Both the position numbers and the translations under genes were made by a program. Shown piece after piece: positions 47,805 through 62,962 of a stretch of 64,000 nt of DNA (the stretch's first letter is position 1; every line of letters starts with the position of its first letter). Source of the stretch: Octopus sinensis (lineage: Eukaryota); NCBI RefSeq assembly GCF_006345805.1, contig NC_043011.1, positions 44,280,464-44,344,463 of the forward strand, in the 5' to 3' direction. The notes beneath the pieces were generated by a model, which did no database searches, was not told the DNA's origin, and saw nothing but the letters and a program-made list of their open reading frames with translations.

Positions 47805-48025
47805 AAATGCGCCCTTTTAAAGCCTAGACAGCCTCCTGGGCCCGATTTCCCGGTTTCAATGGCGTATGTGCTCCCCAGCTGGACGGAACACCAGTCCATC
47901 GCAACGTTACGTGAAATGAAGTGTTTTGCTCAAAAACACAACGCATCGTCCGGCCCAGGAATCGAAACCACAATCTTACGATCATGACGCTGACACCCTA
48001 ACCACTAAGCCACGCGCCTCCACAT
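47805..48025 (-). mobile_element. SINE family C variant
   Basis: Reverse copy ending ctaaccactaagccacgcgcctcc. Confidence 0.8.
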
Positions 48026-49256
48026 ATTTAATTATATTTATTATTTAATTATATTTGTGATTATATATATTCATTTATCTAATTAAAAAAAAATAATAAA
48101 CGCCTTGATATATTGTAATACATATTTTCCCTTAACTCCCCGTTTTTGTTATAACTTTAAACGCTATTGTAACACGTCCTACGAATGAAGAGAACTTGGT
48201 AACAAAAGAAAAGAAAGGAGCATTCGTAGTTTCAATTCCGGCTTGAAAACATTCGGCTTTACTTTCGTGGCAAATGACTAAAGCATGATCGCCATCTCTT
48301 CCTATATTTCGTCCTTAAAACTCACGCCGATAATTGACACTCCACAACATTCGAAATAGTCTTCTACGGAACAGCGACAGAACTTCTATATGGTCTCTAG
48401 ACTAGCTAGATATAGCAGTCAAATATCCTTTAAATTGATTTCTAATGAATAAGACACATTAAACAAAGTAATTCTATATGTCTTAAAACAAAAAAATAAA
48501 CAGGATGGCCACGGCTAGAATGCCTCTGATCATAGTTCTGCCAGGTCAGAATTGTTCTGGGTCTGACTGTGACGTATCGTCTTTCATGGGAGAATGAAAA
48601 AGCCTCTTTGTAGTCATTCGAGTCACTAAAAATAGCAACCAAATCTCCCTCAAGCTACATCCTAACTTCTTAAAAATCACGGACACATTTGATAATATAA
48701 TCCTAGATACACTATGCCTGGTGCAATAAAGAATAGTCACGACTGGAACGTTTTTTCGATCATAGGTCTGCTAGTTTAGAAATGAGCAGGAGCTGAACCA
48801 AACCAACTAAACCTCGATCCGGTTTCGAATTCGTTCTGAAACCAGTTAATTTTCACTTATGTCTGTAGTACAGTTCAGAAAAGCATGAACATCGCATAAT
48901 CTTAGTTTCTAAATCTACCCCAAACCCAGTAAATGTTTTTTTATCGTAGTTTTAGATAATCGATATAGAAGATCGAACGCTTTTAAATTGTAGTTCCTTT
49001 CCGAGAATTTTATTTTTGCAATGACGTCATGACTAAGGAATTTTGGGTATTGTGACTCTCTTTACCCGCCCCACCGCCACTGTAAAGCACACCTCATCGG
49101 ATGCATATTAAGCCCACCCGGGATACCTTTCCTTATATTCTCTTCAACATACTGTCTCTCTCTCGCTTTCTCTCCTTCTCTGTCTTCTCTGTCTGTCTGT
49201 CTGTCTCTCTCTCTTACACCAAGATCCGCTTTAACCACTCACCAATCCCTTCTTAC

Positions 49257-49331
49257 CCTGGGCAAGTCCCTCCCTGAAATTCTCTTTCTATCTACGTTTT
49301 CCCCCACACCAGCCCTCCAGTCTACGGGATC
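49257..49331 (-). CDS. Candidate internal exon (possibly M3-M4 loop of the same receptor)
   Basis: Acceptor gaccttgactttgcAG, 75-nt open frame DPVDWRAGVGENVDRKRISGRDLPR, donor AGG|GTAAGA. Phase 0-0 is compatible with the terminal exon. No family motif recognised. Confidence 0.15.
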
Positions 49332-50756
49332 CTGCAAAGTCAAGGTCATCGACCCCCTCACAGACCTCTACAACACAACACACAGAGACCTCTCTCACAC
49401 ATTCCCGACTGCTAATTGGCTGTAGAAATTCGGCAGACATCGATTTTAAAGCGAAAATATTCTAGCATTAAACTGAAGAATCACCCAATATTTTTCATTA
49501 AAGTACATTTTAAATATATTTTATTTTTCACTAAGAAAAGGTTTACCGACTTTGAACTTCAAAGTCACCATCAACCTTTCTCTTCTAAAATTATCAAAAA
49601 TATACTTCACGAAAAAAGCATGGATGCTAAGGAAAAGGAAACATAAAGGGAGGTAACCCGTGTATCACTAGATAACTGTCATTACAGAGTTGTCGGAGTT
49701 AATTTGGTTATAATTGGGTCGGAATATAGGAATTCAGTTTTGGGACCGGGGTGTCAAGATCCCATCTCCATTCCTATTCTAACCCAACACTCACCGACAC
49801 ACAAAGGGCTACGAATAATTTGCTGCGAGAACGTTATTCTCCGGGAAGTAGGATTGGTCAATGGGTTTATAGCAAGAATGAGACGGAGTTGGTACATGAT
49901 GACTGCGACGGCGACAGCGACGATGTTGATGAGGTTGGTGATAATGATGACGGTGGTGGTAGTGATGATAGTGATGATGATGAGGGTGGTGGTGGTTGTA
50001 GTGATGATGTTGATAATGATGATGACGATGACGTCGACGTTGCCGGTGATAAGGTGATAGTAATGATGATGATAGTGGTGATGATGATAATGATGATGAT
50101 GATGACGACGATGTTGATGATCACGATGATATGTAACTCTAAGTCAGTCCTGAGTGAGCCAAAGTAGGATTACAAGCATTCCAGCCGTGACTATCCAGTC
50201 GTTTTGTATGTCCGATTCAAAACATGTCCTTCTTTATCTAAGATAATTGTGTGTAGTTTGGGGAAAATTTGGCCGTTATTTTTAGCAAACGGAGTATCAT
50301 TGGTCAGTACAGTAACAAGGCCAAGGAGAGAGTATACAGACAGCAGTGTCGTACAATTAATCTTAATTTTGTTTAAGACTAGTCTTAATCTGCCTTGTGT
50401 CATATCTTAAAATAATTTCTTTCATAATTATTTAAGGGGAATGATGACGTCATTGTTTATATATTGTTAATAGAATACTCATAGGTTCACTGTATTTATG
50501 ACGGAGAGGGTGACAGGGGAGTGTTTGTAACTCGATGCAGAACAAATATCCTAGAGTTCGCTCGAAGAATACTGTTTTGTATTTCGATTTTTCCCCCGAA
50601 TGTACACATGCGCATGCGCATGTACGCACACAACGGAAGCGGCTTATTTTGATTAACCTGGAGCGATTGCTTTTTCCTTAAAAATAATTATGACCGGTTG
50701 ATAACATTATCCGTCATTATAATGTCTGCTTTGCAATGTAATGTAATGTGTGTGTT

Positions 50757-50805
<49 letters not shown>

Positions 50806-51344
50806 CATACATACACACATACATATATGTATATAGGTGTATATATATATATATATATATACATACATATAATTCATATACATACATATATATATTTGTA
50901 TAATATATGTTTATATATTTACACACATACGCGCGCACATACGCACACACATAAAGAGAAACAACATGAATGCTAATAAAACTACACAAACAAGAAACGC
51001 TTTGAAATATTTTCAAATGGAAAAGACAAGCCACACAATAGAAAAAAAAAGGTTGTGGTATTTGTTTAATTCCGAGTCGCTTACATCAATTCATATCAAG
51101 GCTACAATGGCGTCATTGTGAGAGATGTGGTCAAAACGAGGCTATGAGCCTATATGTGTTGTACGTAGCTATTTTATTTTATTTACATCACTAAAGATAT
51201 TGAACCAGATAAGCAGCAGTTATCATTTAACATTATTCTCTTTCTATCCCACAGTGTCCCTGTGATGATAAATAAGTGCTAGGTTTAAATTGTCTGATAC
51301 AGTAGATCTGTAGGGCGTGAACGCCTCTTTCCAATACGAACAAA

Positions 51345-51440
51345 GAAGAAGCCGGATATTACAATATGGCGTGTGGAACGTAAGATAGTACACCTTGTTG
51401 AATTAAGTGTTCCGCACGAAGACAATATAGATGCATCGTC
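51345..51440 (+). mobile_element. RLE endonuclease fragment of a Hero/NeSL-like non-LTR element
   Basis: KKPDITIWRVERKIVHLVELSVPHEDNIDAS matches the PD..(D/E)xxVP RLE motif. Confidence 0.6.
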
Positions 51441-52047
51441 AGCCTCGATTTATAAAACTGTTAAAATAAATACCAACAAGAAGTGCTAAAGAGAAGTTGC
51501 AGTTGCATTAAGGGATTGAGGCTTTAGTGTAGACGGACGACCCCCGTCACCACCAGAGCCTATATAGGCACACAAGTGTAGAATGGATAAGGGAGGACAT
51601 ACAAGCTGACTAGGCTGTCACAGCCTAACATACACAGCAAACACAACACACAAGAATAGTAGACTGATGTACGAATGGAGAAATATACAGGCACAACGTC
51701 ATCTTGCACACCATGCCACATATGCTACTGTGAAGGCGTGTGTCAGTATTTAGGGTACTGTACTCACGATCGCAAGATCGTGGTTTCAATTCCCGCACAG
51801 GGCGGTGTGATGTGTTTCTGACCAAAACACTTCGTTTCGCATTGCTCCAGTCCTCTCAGCTGTAAATGAGTAGCCCTGCGATAGACTGACGTTCCTTTCA
51901 AGGGGAAACCGTGTAACTGTCCCTATGCGCCCTAGAACTCGAGACTGTAATTCCAGGGGACTTAATTTTCTTTCAAAGGATAAAGAATCCTTCTCGAGCC
52001 CTATGGACTCATAAGGACTGGTTTTGCGTGACGTATATATATATATA

Positions 52048-52104
<57 letters not shown>

Positions 52105-52376
52105 ATATATAATATATATTATATATATATATATACATGCACACACATACACACACACACACACAACACACACACACACACACACACACAAACCCTAGAC
52201 AAGACGCCAGTCCGTCGCAGCCGAGCGAACCGGGTCGACGTGAAACGAAGCGTTTTACTCAAGAGCAAAATGCGTCATCCGGTCAAGAAATCGAAACCAC
52301 AATCTTACTACCATGAGCCCAGTACTCTAACCATTAGGCCACTCGCCCCCAGAATTTATTTTACTTTTTACTACTA

Positions 52377-52423
<47 letters not shown>

Positions 52424-53204
52424 CCCACCACCACTACTACTACATGTCGGTGTGCGCAGATTGGGCCTCAATAGGATGAGGATATAAAATGTTTGCAGTA
52501 CTGAGACTGAGGGTCAATACCAGACGTTTGGTCAATTTGTTAGGTGTGATATAACACCTGGATCATGGCTTGACAGACAGATGGACAACAACTGTAAATA
52601 TCTACGCCTTCGGCTGACCGGTTCTTAACCATAGTAAACATTCGTACCAGTCTTCCTCATTCGAGCCCTGTCTTTTTTGTCATCGGATGGCCACATTATC
52701 TGTGAATGGACATTTCTTTAATGTGATTCGAAGATTTGTCAAAAGAATGCAGCAAGGGTAACGTTGGTTGAATTCCAACCAATGTCAAGCAGTAGAAGAC
52801 TCGACAGTTCGAATGCAGTCAACAGCTGGAGCTCTATAGGTGAAGCTTTTGGAAATTCCGCTCCACCATTCGACATGATACCAAACAAACTCAGCTATAA
52901 AACATATACTGCGTAAAACTACAGATCGCCATGATGTGAAACTTTATCTTTAATTTTCATCCATTTTAGAATGTTTCAACAACCAATCTTTCTGTGTAAC
53001 CACATAAAACTCTACAATGTTATATTTATTCGCCTTCACAATAATTCAGACCATTGTTTCAATCTCACCCCACTTCGTTTGTTTCCTCAGTAAAATCTTT
53101 GACCAAAATGTTAGAATTAATTTTCCTTCACACTAACTCCTTCACTTTTGTGAAGCGTTCTTTCCATTTTCGTTACACGAATCTTTGAAGATTTATTGTT
53201 GTTG

Positions 53205-53595
53205 TTGCGACTCTTCACGTTCTGAGTTCAAATTGTATTAAGGTCCACTTGACCTTTCATTGTTTCGGGATCGATTAAATAAATATCAGTTACGCACTGG
53301 AATCGATTAATCGATTAGTCCCTCCCACAAAATTTCACACCTTGTGTCTGTCACAAGGATTATCATGTTATCGTTATTAAGGCCGGTGAACAGAAAGAAT
53401 CGTTGCTGCGCCAGACAAAACGCTTAGAGGCGTTTCACCCGTCTTTACATTCTGAGTTCAAATTTTATAGAGGTTGACTTTGTCTTTCATCCTTTCGGGC
53501 TCGATAAATCAAGTACTAGTTAAATACTGGGGTCAAGGCAATCGACAGTCCCCCTTCCCCAAATTTCAGGCCTTGTGCCTATAATAGAAAAGGTT
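53205..53595 (+). mobile_element. Two family A SINEs
   Basis: ttctgagttcaaatt B-box, ctttcatcctttcggg, caggccttgtgcct tail. Confidence 0.8.
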
Positions 53596-53619
53596 ATTAT
53601 TATTATTGCTTTTGCACAG

Positions 53620-53905
53620 ATCCTAACGCTGGAGATGTACTGCCGTGTCAGCTGTTCACTACTAGTGAACTAAGGTAACACCTCCTATTTTCCGAGCATC
53701 TTCCGGAGTATTCGGGCGGTTCCAAGCAGTGCTGTTTTCTGCAAGTGCTCCACTCTTATTGCAGCCCCTATTTGTTCAATGTACCTCTCGAGATTTTTGT
53801 TCACTGTTCCAAGGGCTCCGGCAATTATTGGTACTACTGCTACCTTTTTCATAGACCACAATTGCTTAATTTCCCAAACTAACCTGTCATATCTCTCGAC
53901 TTTTC
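53620..53905 (-). mobile_element. R4/Dong-type non-LTR 3' fragment
   Basis: KVERYDRLVWEIKQLWSMKKVAVVPIIAGALGTVNKNLERYIEQIGAAIRVEHLQKTALLGTARILRKMLGK*. Confidence 0.85.
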
Positions 53906-53954
53906 AAAAAAAAAAAGATTATTTTTATTATTACTTTTATTATTATTATTATTA

Positions 53955-54234
53955 AAAGAGTAAAGACCCCCTTCGGTCATGAATGACCATGGGATTGCAC
54001 CTAGAAAGTTACCCTCCTAGACACAAGTCCGGGCACGGTTGTTTATGGAAGACCAGCAGTCGCCCATGCATACCAGCCTCCCCTCTCCACACCACCAGTG
54101 TTATCCAAGGGAAAGACAAAGGTCGATACAGCTTGGCACCAGTGACGTCGCAACTCATTTCTACAGCTGAGTGAACTGGAGCAACGTGAAATAAAGTGCC
54201 TTGCTCAAGAACACAACACCCAGCCCGGTCCGGG

Positions 54235-54235
<1 letters not shown>
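53955..54235 (-). mobile_element. SINE with CORE-like domain (family D)
   Basis: gagcaacgtgaaataaagtgccttgctcaagaacacaac CORE-like block; flanked by (ATT)n. Confidence 0.7.
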
Positions 54236-54297
<62 letters not shown>

Positions 54298-54585
54298 GTT
54301 ATTCTGTGGTATTTTCTGTAGCTGCAACAACAAAGAACGTGTTACTACTGCATCATCTTAATCCGTATATTCATCTATTATCGTTGTGTGCATTTCGTTA
54401 ATCTGTGCTTCTAGATTTATTTAATGTAATCACTGCAGACATTTCACACTTTCGCTGTTTATAATTACAATCAGGGGGAATTAATGCAGTCAGCTTTTAA
54501 ACTAAGCTATAACATTTACTTCCCTTAGTATAGTTTCTTTCGAGACTGCCTCAGGCGTTTGAAGACAAGCGTCGTTATGAACCAG

Positions 54586-54627
<42 letters not shown>

Positions 54628-54785
54628 TATGCGTTCACATCCAAGGGAGGGGTTTTAATTCAGCTGCGCCCTAGTATGCAGTTAGTACAGTTATTGATCC
54701 CGTTCATTTGTTAACCAAAAGAGCAAACATCGTTACTTTTAACTCGCTAACTTTGCTCGTCAGAACATCATTTACATCAAACAAC

Positions 54786-54832
<47 letters not shown>

Positions 54833-55059
54833 GTGTGTGTGCGTGTGTTTTGTTTTAATCTTCTGTTGTATTTCTAATCTTCTCCTGTGTGTTGAATATG
54901 AATACTTAGATAAATCCTATTTTAGAGTGCTATTTAAAAGCCGGATGCAGAATCTTAGGTAAAAATGAAAGAAAAATAAGAGGAAAGCGGGAAAGCGAAT
55001 CGGCGAGATGTACTTAAGTTCTGCATATGCACTGCCACAAGAACACACACACACACACA

Positions 55060-55098
<39 letters not shown>

Positions 55099-55559
55099 CA
55101 TTAAGGTACATTGTTGATACAGGCACACACGCATATTTCCTTTTAGATTTGACTTGCATTTAGCATTCATCATCCAATTTTTTCTCCAGGTACAGAGTAT
55201 CTAAGATAACATGTAAACTTATGTATGTATTCTTAGAAGTTGACTTTCGTTCCAATAACACTCTAAAATCGGATCGAATCTGATAGAAATCAATATCAGC
55301 AGTGGGTTGGTATTTTAGTTTATCGATCGCAAAAGCACAAAAAGCAAGAACTAACCTCAATGTGAAACTCGGAGTTTTATCATGGCTACCGAATAATTGT
55401 CACATATTACATTTACAGATAAATTCCTCTATTTATATAATATCGAGGTCTCTTTCATTCTTTTGTTGTCTTACCACCATTTCTATCAATATATATATAT
55501 ACATATATATATATGCATATATTATCATTATCATCAGTAGCAGCAGCAGCAGCAGCAGT

Positions 55560-55690
55560 AGCGAAAGAGTACAACAGGGGTCGCCACCACCCCCTGCCGG
55601 AGCCTCGTAGAGCTTTAGGTGTTTTCGCTCAATAAACACACACAACGCCCGATCTGGGAATCGAAACCGCGATCCTCCGACCGCGAGTGT
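55560..55690 (-). mobile_element. SINE family C, partial
   Basis: gggaatcgaaaccgcgatcctccgaccgcgag; gtgttttcgctcaataaacacacac. Confidence 0.8.
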
Positions 55691-55708
55691 AGCAGCAGCA
55701 GCAGCACC

Positions 55709-55756
<48 letters not shown>

Positions 55757-55818
55757 TCTTGTTATTGGCGTAGAAGCTGGCAACGTGATTGATATTGTGG
55801 TTGCTGACACACACACTG

Positions 55819-55856
<38 letters not shown>

Positions 55857-55873
55857 ACTCTCACACACTGACT

Positions 55874-55904
<31 letters not shown>

Positions 55905-55907
55905 ACA

Positions 55908-55948
<41 letters not shown>

Positions 55949-56209
55949 GGCAGCTGTCACTCACTGGGTCTTCGCAAGCGTGAGTGTGAAGATGCTGTTT
56001 GTCAAGACATGACCACCGAGAAACTCTTTCCACCCTCTTATACTATGTCCCATACAACAGCTGGCGCCACACTGCCTTCCACATTGCACTACAGCCTGCC
56101 CCACATCTTCCCAACACATCATACTCCGTCTCGTAAACTACACCATAGGTGCAACATTAACAGCAACTACAACAATACCAACCACCACTAGCAACTTCTA
56201 CAGGAATAA

Positions 56210-56213
56210 CAAA

Positions 56214-56267
<54 letters not shown>

Positions 56268-56341
56268 TCTTCCACTCCAATTATTACTATTACTACCACC
56301 ATCAACTTTACTAATACAACACAACAACAACAACAACAACA

Positions 56342-56378
<37 letters not shown>

Positions 56379-56599
56379 TTGCTACTGCTGCTGCTGCCAC
56401 TCCAATTATTACTATTACTACCGCCATCAACTTTACTACTACTACTACTACTACTACCCCAGCTATCATTATTACTACCACCACCTCTACTACTACCAGC
56501 AGCAGCATCACCACCACCTCAACCACCACCACCACTACCACCACCACCACTACCACAACACACCACCACCGCTACCACCACCACCACCACCACACCACC

Positions 56600-56659
<60 letters not shown>

Positions 56660-56670
56660 GAAACAACAAC
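56210..56670. repeat. Compound trinucleotide block (CTA/CTG/CAA/CCA)n with internal duplication
   Basis: ccactccaattattactattactacc(a/g)ccatcaactttacta occurs twice among the triplet runs. Confidence 0.9.
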
Positions 56671-57913
56671 AATAGCACAGTGGCAACCACATTTGCATCA
56701 ACCAGGAGCACAGCTATAACAACAAACAGTTTGTCCATTCTTTCAAAAGTCAATCAGTATAGACAAGCGGACATTGATTTTGCCAAAAGGAGAAATGTTT
56801 TTGTGTTTGTCATTATCGATGTTTATTGGCATTTCACTCGAAATCAATATGTCGGCTGGTCCACAGCTTGAGCTTCGTTTTCAGACGTCTTTAAAATACA
56901 ATCATCTTAAAACATCATCCGATGACCTCATCGTAAACAACATAGAAAGTCAGATTTAGGCTAAAAAACAAAGCAAACAAACACAGTTTTTAATTCTTCC
57001 AATTGCTGTCATCGTGAAATAATCACGTTCAATGCTAGACCTGTAGTTTGCGAAATGAATCTCTTGACACAGGCTCGTTCTCGATTCGGTTTTATTCTGG
57101 CTTTATCATTGTTCGTATTTACGATCTCAGCGCCGGATGTGTTTCAGCCACTCCGACCTGCTCACGTTGTGCAACATTACGAATAGTGTGTCACAGATCT
57201 ATTTATTGATTCAAATCTGGCCAGCCTCACTCCGGCACTACTTTATACCGTGAGACCTGTAGCTGCTGTTGTTTCAACTGTTCTCCTGCTGTTGCTAAAA
57301 GTGGTTGCATTTAATGAAGCAGCTTAAATGTAGAACCGAGTCTTTACGCCCTAGATACAAGGATGCCGGACTTAATCTAGACAACAAAGACCCATATAAT
57401 ACAATCAGTGAAACAGCAGTGTTGTGTGTCGTGTGTACTGTTACAATGAAGACTTGTTACGTTGAATTTACAATCATTTATATTTAAATATGTTGAGGAA
57501 TGAATACCGGTTTTATTTTTATGTTTATGTTATGGATTAGTTAGAGCAGGATAGGTAGCACCAATGAAACATTTCAAAGGGCCTTTGAGACTGGCGAGAG
57601 GAAAGAAGAGAGGAAGTTATCCTTAGTATAGGAACCCAATCTGAAAACGTGCAACTGCGTGAATTCCACTAAACGTACTTAAAGACCAGGGGTTGGTGTT
57701 AAACCGGGTAACAACAGAGTGGACTCCGCTAAAGGCACCGAAAGACCAGATGTTCAGGTGCTAAATCGTGAGACGATTTACGACTAACGCTTAAGACTTC
57801 CACACCATTTCCGTCTGCCAAATTTTACTGACAAAAATTTGGTCCAGTCTATGGCAGAAGACATTTCCCTGCAATAATAATATATGCTGAACATGTAATA
57901 TCTCCGTGCATGC

Positions 57914-57984
<71 letters not shown>

Positions 57985-57985
57985 A

Positions 57986-58020
<35 letters not shown>

Positions 58021-58037
58021 ACGCACGCACGCATGCA

Positions 58038-58069
<32 letters not shown>

Positions 58070-59071
58070 AACAAACAAACGCACACACATACGAACTTTG
58101 AAGACATTATTCCAGTACCGTCTCAAAGCATGGGTACCCCGAGTAATTACCTTGCGGTTTCATGGTCTTGGAGCCCAATTATAACCCGTGTATGTGGCAT
58201 CTTGTTAATAAATTTATAAATTCTATAGGACCCAGTGCATTGATTCGCCCCGGGACCTCACAGGTCTAAGGGGTCATTTCTAATCTGAGTATGCTGCGAC
58301 TTGCACTCAATAAATAAATACTATAGGAGCCAGGACACTGATTTGTTTAGGGGCCAATTATCTTGCTATGAGGGCCCTTCATTATTCGTGAATGTATATG
58401 TGTATGTGTGAGTGTGTTTGTGCTTTTAGAATATGATGTTAAAATGAACTCTATAGATAGTTAGATAAATAGATAGATAGACAGACAGACAGATAGATCG
58501 ATAGATAGAGAGAAAGAGAAGGAGGAAGGGAGAGAAGGAGAGGAGTGTTGGAGGGGACAAGCAAAGAAAGGGAGAGAGAGAATGAATAAGAGAAAAAGGG
58601 AGAGATATAGAAAGGGAAACGGAAACAAACGGAAGGCGAGAAGAGAGAAAGAAGAGAGAGCGAAATGGAGAGAGAGAGGGAGAGAGAGAGAGAGGGAGAA
58701 AGGAGAAAGAGAGATTCAGGGAGAGAGAAAGATGCCTAAACAAACTCCAGAGGAGTAAACACTTTATATTAATGTTTCCCAAGGAATGTTGAAACATTAA
58801 AAAAAAAAGTACAAAAATAAAAAATTTTCTGCAAATGTTCTTTTTATATTCCACTTGAAGATTCAAGGAGATCGATAATGATTGAATTCATCAATTTGTG
58901 TTCTTAAAGCGATAACATATCCTAATACAAACTTGCTCTTTTACCCAAACATGTCATTTAACAAAAAAAAAAAAACGTTTCCAAAACATTCAACGAAAGG
59001 AAGTGAGTGGAAACGCCATTTTTATTTAGACTTCTCGTTTGATGAAAATTCATTTTAAAAATTTATTTTAA

Positions 59072-59122
<51 letters not shown>

Positions 59123-59139
59123 GATTATTATTATTATTA

Positions 59140-59187
<48 letters not shown>

Positions 59188-59408
59188 TATTATTATTATT
59201 ATTATATTTTTATGTAAATTTTGTTTCTTGCTTTAGATGAAAGTGGTTCATTTTTTCACGATCTGTAACTATGAATAAATAGTCAGTTTTTTTTTTTTCA
59301 ACATCACGAACTGACGCGTATTTATCCGAAGCCTGCCACCGCATTCATACGACGAACCATTTTAGTACTTCAGATTAGAATTTTTATTTGTTGTTTCTTT
59401 CTTCATCT

Positions 59409-59439
<31 letters not shown>

Positions 59440-60299
59440 TTCATTGTATTTTTTATGCAATTGCTTTAATATTTATTTATCTCTTTATATATTTATTTAT
59501 TTATTTGTGTATTTTATTAAATGATGTAAATTACCAGAGTTTTAAATCTTTATTCTCCCCCACCCCCACACCGAGATAATTTATTTCTAAATAATTTTTT
59601 TATGGTTTACTTGGAGTAGTAAGAATAGCGAACCCTACATTTTGCAGAATCTCCCTCTAGACTGAGGTGGGAGGAATGGAGGGAAAGAGGGAGAAAGAAT
59701 AACATGATACATGGGTGATTTGATTCTTAGTTTTGTATTCAGGTTCGAACCAGTGGACTCTGTTAAAGACACTCAGGGGAAGTGTTATACAGGAAACGGA
59801 CTAAATTTCTCACCTAGGGGTTGGTGGAGGGCCCTGCTGTACTCTTTCATCAAGACTTTCAAAGCTGACCTCGGCAAGGATTTGAACTCAGGAGACAAAG
59901 AGATGGCCTTTGAAAATACGCACCAAGAATCAAGAAATATCCGAAATTTGCCAGACTTTCTAATCAAAGAAGTAATTTGTTTTGACTTGTTTGCTGCACC
60001 TGCCATTTAATGTGGTGCCACTTCTAGTTTGTTTTTGTTTACTAAACTTTCTGATTAAACCGGAAAAGTTTCGATAATTGAAATTTTGGGACCTGAATAT
60101 CGACTATTCTAAAATAGCAACAGCTAATAGGCTAGAAAATAAAAAATCTCAAAAATGCTATCGATTAGAAATCTATATTTATGTACAACGTATCCCCTGT
60201 GGTGATTAGAATATAAATAACGCTTTTTAAAAGAAAGTCGAAATCCATAACATATTTTTATAATTATCTTCGTCATCTGAAGAATACAAACAAGCATAC

Positions 60300-60301
60300 A
60301 G

Positions 60302-60368
<67 letters not shown>

Positions 60369-60536
60369 TGAACGCACACATATGTAGATATATATTTGGA
60401 TTCATATATATATATATATAACACATACACACACGAATGTATATGTATATGCATATATGTATACATATATATACATACATATATATATGTGTGTATATAT
60501 ATATACGCACATGCACACACACGCGCACACACATAT

Positions 60537-60570
<34 letters not shown>

Positions 60571-60785
60571 TTATATATGTATATATGTGTGTATATATAC
60601 ACATATAAGTACAACGCGCACACATATATACATATATATTTAGACTCATATATACCACACATACACACACGAATGTATATGTATATATATATGTGTATAT
60701 ATATGTGTGTGTATATATATCTGTATATATGTATATATATATGTGTATATATGTATACACACACATACACACACACACACACCCA
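60300..60785. repeat. (CA)n/(TA)n cryptic compound repeat
   Basis: Directly visible. Confidence 0.95.
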
Positions 60786-61313
60786 TAAATATAAATTCTT
60801 AGACGCACATAAATTGTCTCTTTGATTTTGCATCTGCTTTTCAAGAATCTTGATGTGAACCGGTGTGAATCAAGTGATGTGAATCAAGTGTTATCGCCCC
60901 CCACCTTCAAAGCGCCATTTCCCCAATAAAAACACAAGCGCCGGTTGTATTTCACTTCGTTTTAAGATATTCAGTCAACCAGTTGAGTAATTAACTAAAC
61001 ACCTAATCAACTATTTGATGAATCGTTTCATCAATCGATCGATGACAATACAGTATGGAAATTCATTGCCATCGATAAGGTTGCATTTTGCAATGAAATG
61101 ACTCTGACATAAAAGCTGGCTCGTTTGATGAAACCATTGATTTGATAAGTAGATAATTAATCAAGTAAGTAATTAATTAACTGAAGGGTGATAATTAAAA
61201 GAAGGTAAGTACAGCCAGTGAGTTTGTCTTTATTGGGAAAATGGGCCGTCCAAGGTAAAACACGTACAACATATGTTAGTATGTATTTATGTATGTGTGT
61301 AGGCATGCATGTA

Positions 61314-61356
<43 letters not shown>

Positions 61357-61912
61357 ATATATATATATATATTATAAAAATACACAATTACAAACACCAC
61401 ACATATATATAACATACATACGTACATATATATGTATGTATGCATGTAAGTAAATAGGCAGGTAAGTTCGTGTGTGTGCGTGCGCGCGCGCAGGTGTGTA
61501 TATTTGTGGGTTCTTATAATATATAAGACAAATGAGATTGCACTCTCGAACCCACCCAGGGGCTTCAGCATCAATCAGCGTATTGAGACTACTACTACCC
61601 CACGCGCTCACGCCTATACACAAACGCGCGCGCGTACTCACACACACAATACACACACACACACACACACACACACACTCAGATACACACATACGCACAC
61701 ACACACAGAGAAGATAATGATAAACGCGTTCTTTAGTAACAACAACATCCACTAAGTATGGACCCAATATTTCGGAGGGTGGAGTTGACTACAAGGAGCG
61801 CCAAACTTTTTCGACCATCGACCCCCTTTAGCCACTTCTTCCGCATCGACCCCGCTTTAGCCACTTCTCCTTCCGCATCGACCACCCTCCTCATTTAAAA
61901 TATCTTAATACC

Positions 61913-62146
61913 TATTTCTTTATTATCCACAAGGGACTAAACATAGAGGGGACAAACAAGGACAGACATAGGTATTAAGTCGATTACATCGACCCCAGTG
62001 CGTAACTGGTACTTAATTTATCGACCCCGAAAGGATGAAAGGCAAAGTCGACCTCGGCGGAATTTGATCTCAGAACGTAGCGGCAGACGAAATACCGCTC
62101 AGCATTTCGCCCGGCGCGCTAACGTTTCTGCCAGCTCGCCGCCTTT
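61913..62146 (-). mobile_element. Young family A SINE with 15-bp TSD
   Basis: AAATATCTTAATACC at 61898-61912 and 62147-62161; CpGs are intact. Confidence 0.9.
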
Positions 62147-62554
62147 AAATATCTTAATACCCTACCCTACTCTACCGTACCATATCTTAAATGCGGGTAC
62201 CGAGTACTGATGCTGGCAATTAAAACGTTAGCTAGAATATACATGTATGTCAAATAAAGAAATTCTATTAAAGATGACATACTTTTTACATTTAAAACTA
62301 CATGTACGAGTATACAGTGTTAAACTTTCAATCATTATGAAGTTGTTTTCACGGGAAGAAACCGTGAAAAACGAATCATGTTACAGGAATATCTTTTAGT
62401 GAAATTGACATCATCAATGTGAGGGATGAGCATGGCGATATATTTTAAGTATTTTAAGCAGTTCATCTGGGTGAGTTGGTCTTTCGCACGCCGACCCCCT
62501 AGAGAGTACCTCGGACCCCCTTTGGTGACCACCCCCGTTTAAACCCTAGTTTAG

Positions 62555-62962
62555 ATACTCTCTTTTACTCTTTTACTTGCCTCAGTCATTTGACTACGGC
62601 CATGCTGGAGCACCGCCTTTAGTCGAGCAAATCGACCCCAGGACTTATTCTTTGTAAGGCTAGTACTTATTCTATCGGTCTCTTATGCCGAACCGCTAAG
62701 TTACGGGGACATAAACACACCAGTATCGGTTGTCAAGCGATATTGGCTGGGGGACAAACACAGACATACAAACACACACACACATATATATACATATACA
62801 TATATACGACAGGCTTCTTTCAGTTTCCGTCTCCCAAATCCACTCACAAGGCTTTGGTCGGCCCGAGGCTAGAGCAGAAGATACTTGCCCAAGGTGCCAT
62901 GCAGTGGGACTGAACCCGGAACCATGTGGTTGGTAAGCAAGCAACTTACCACTCAGCCACTC
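62555..62962 (-). mobile_element. SINE family B
   Basis: Full-length reverse copy. Confidence 0.9.

Noticed and set aside
48330-48390. 60-nt minus-strand exon candidate KFCRCSVEDYFECCGVSIIG
   Set aside because: It runs into a repeat tail (ctagactagctag..gcagtcaaat) also seen elsewhere; no family support.
51090-51150. LVLTTSLTMTPL resembling Cys-loop M2 on the minus strand
   Set aside because: Stops on both sides, no PAR motif and no usable splice frame; chance similarity.
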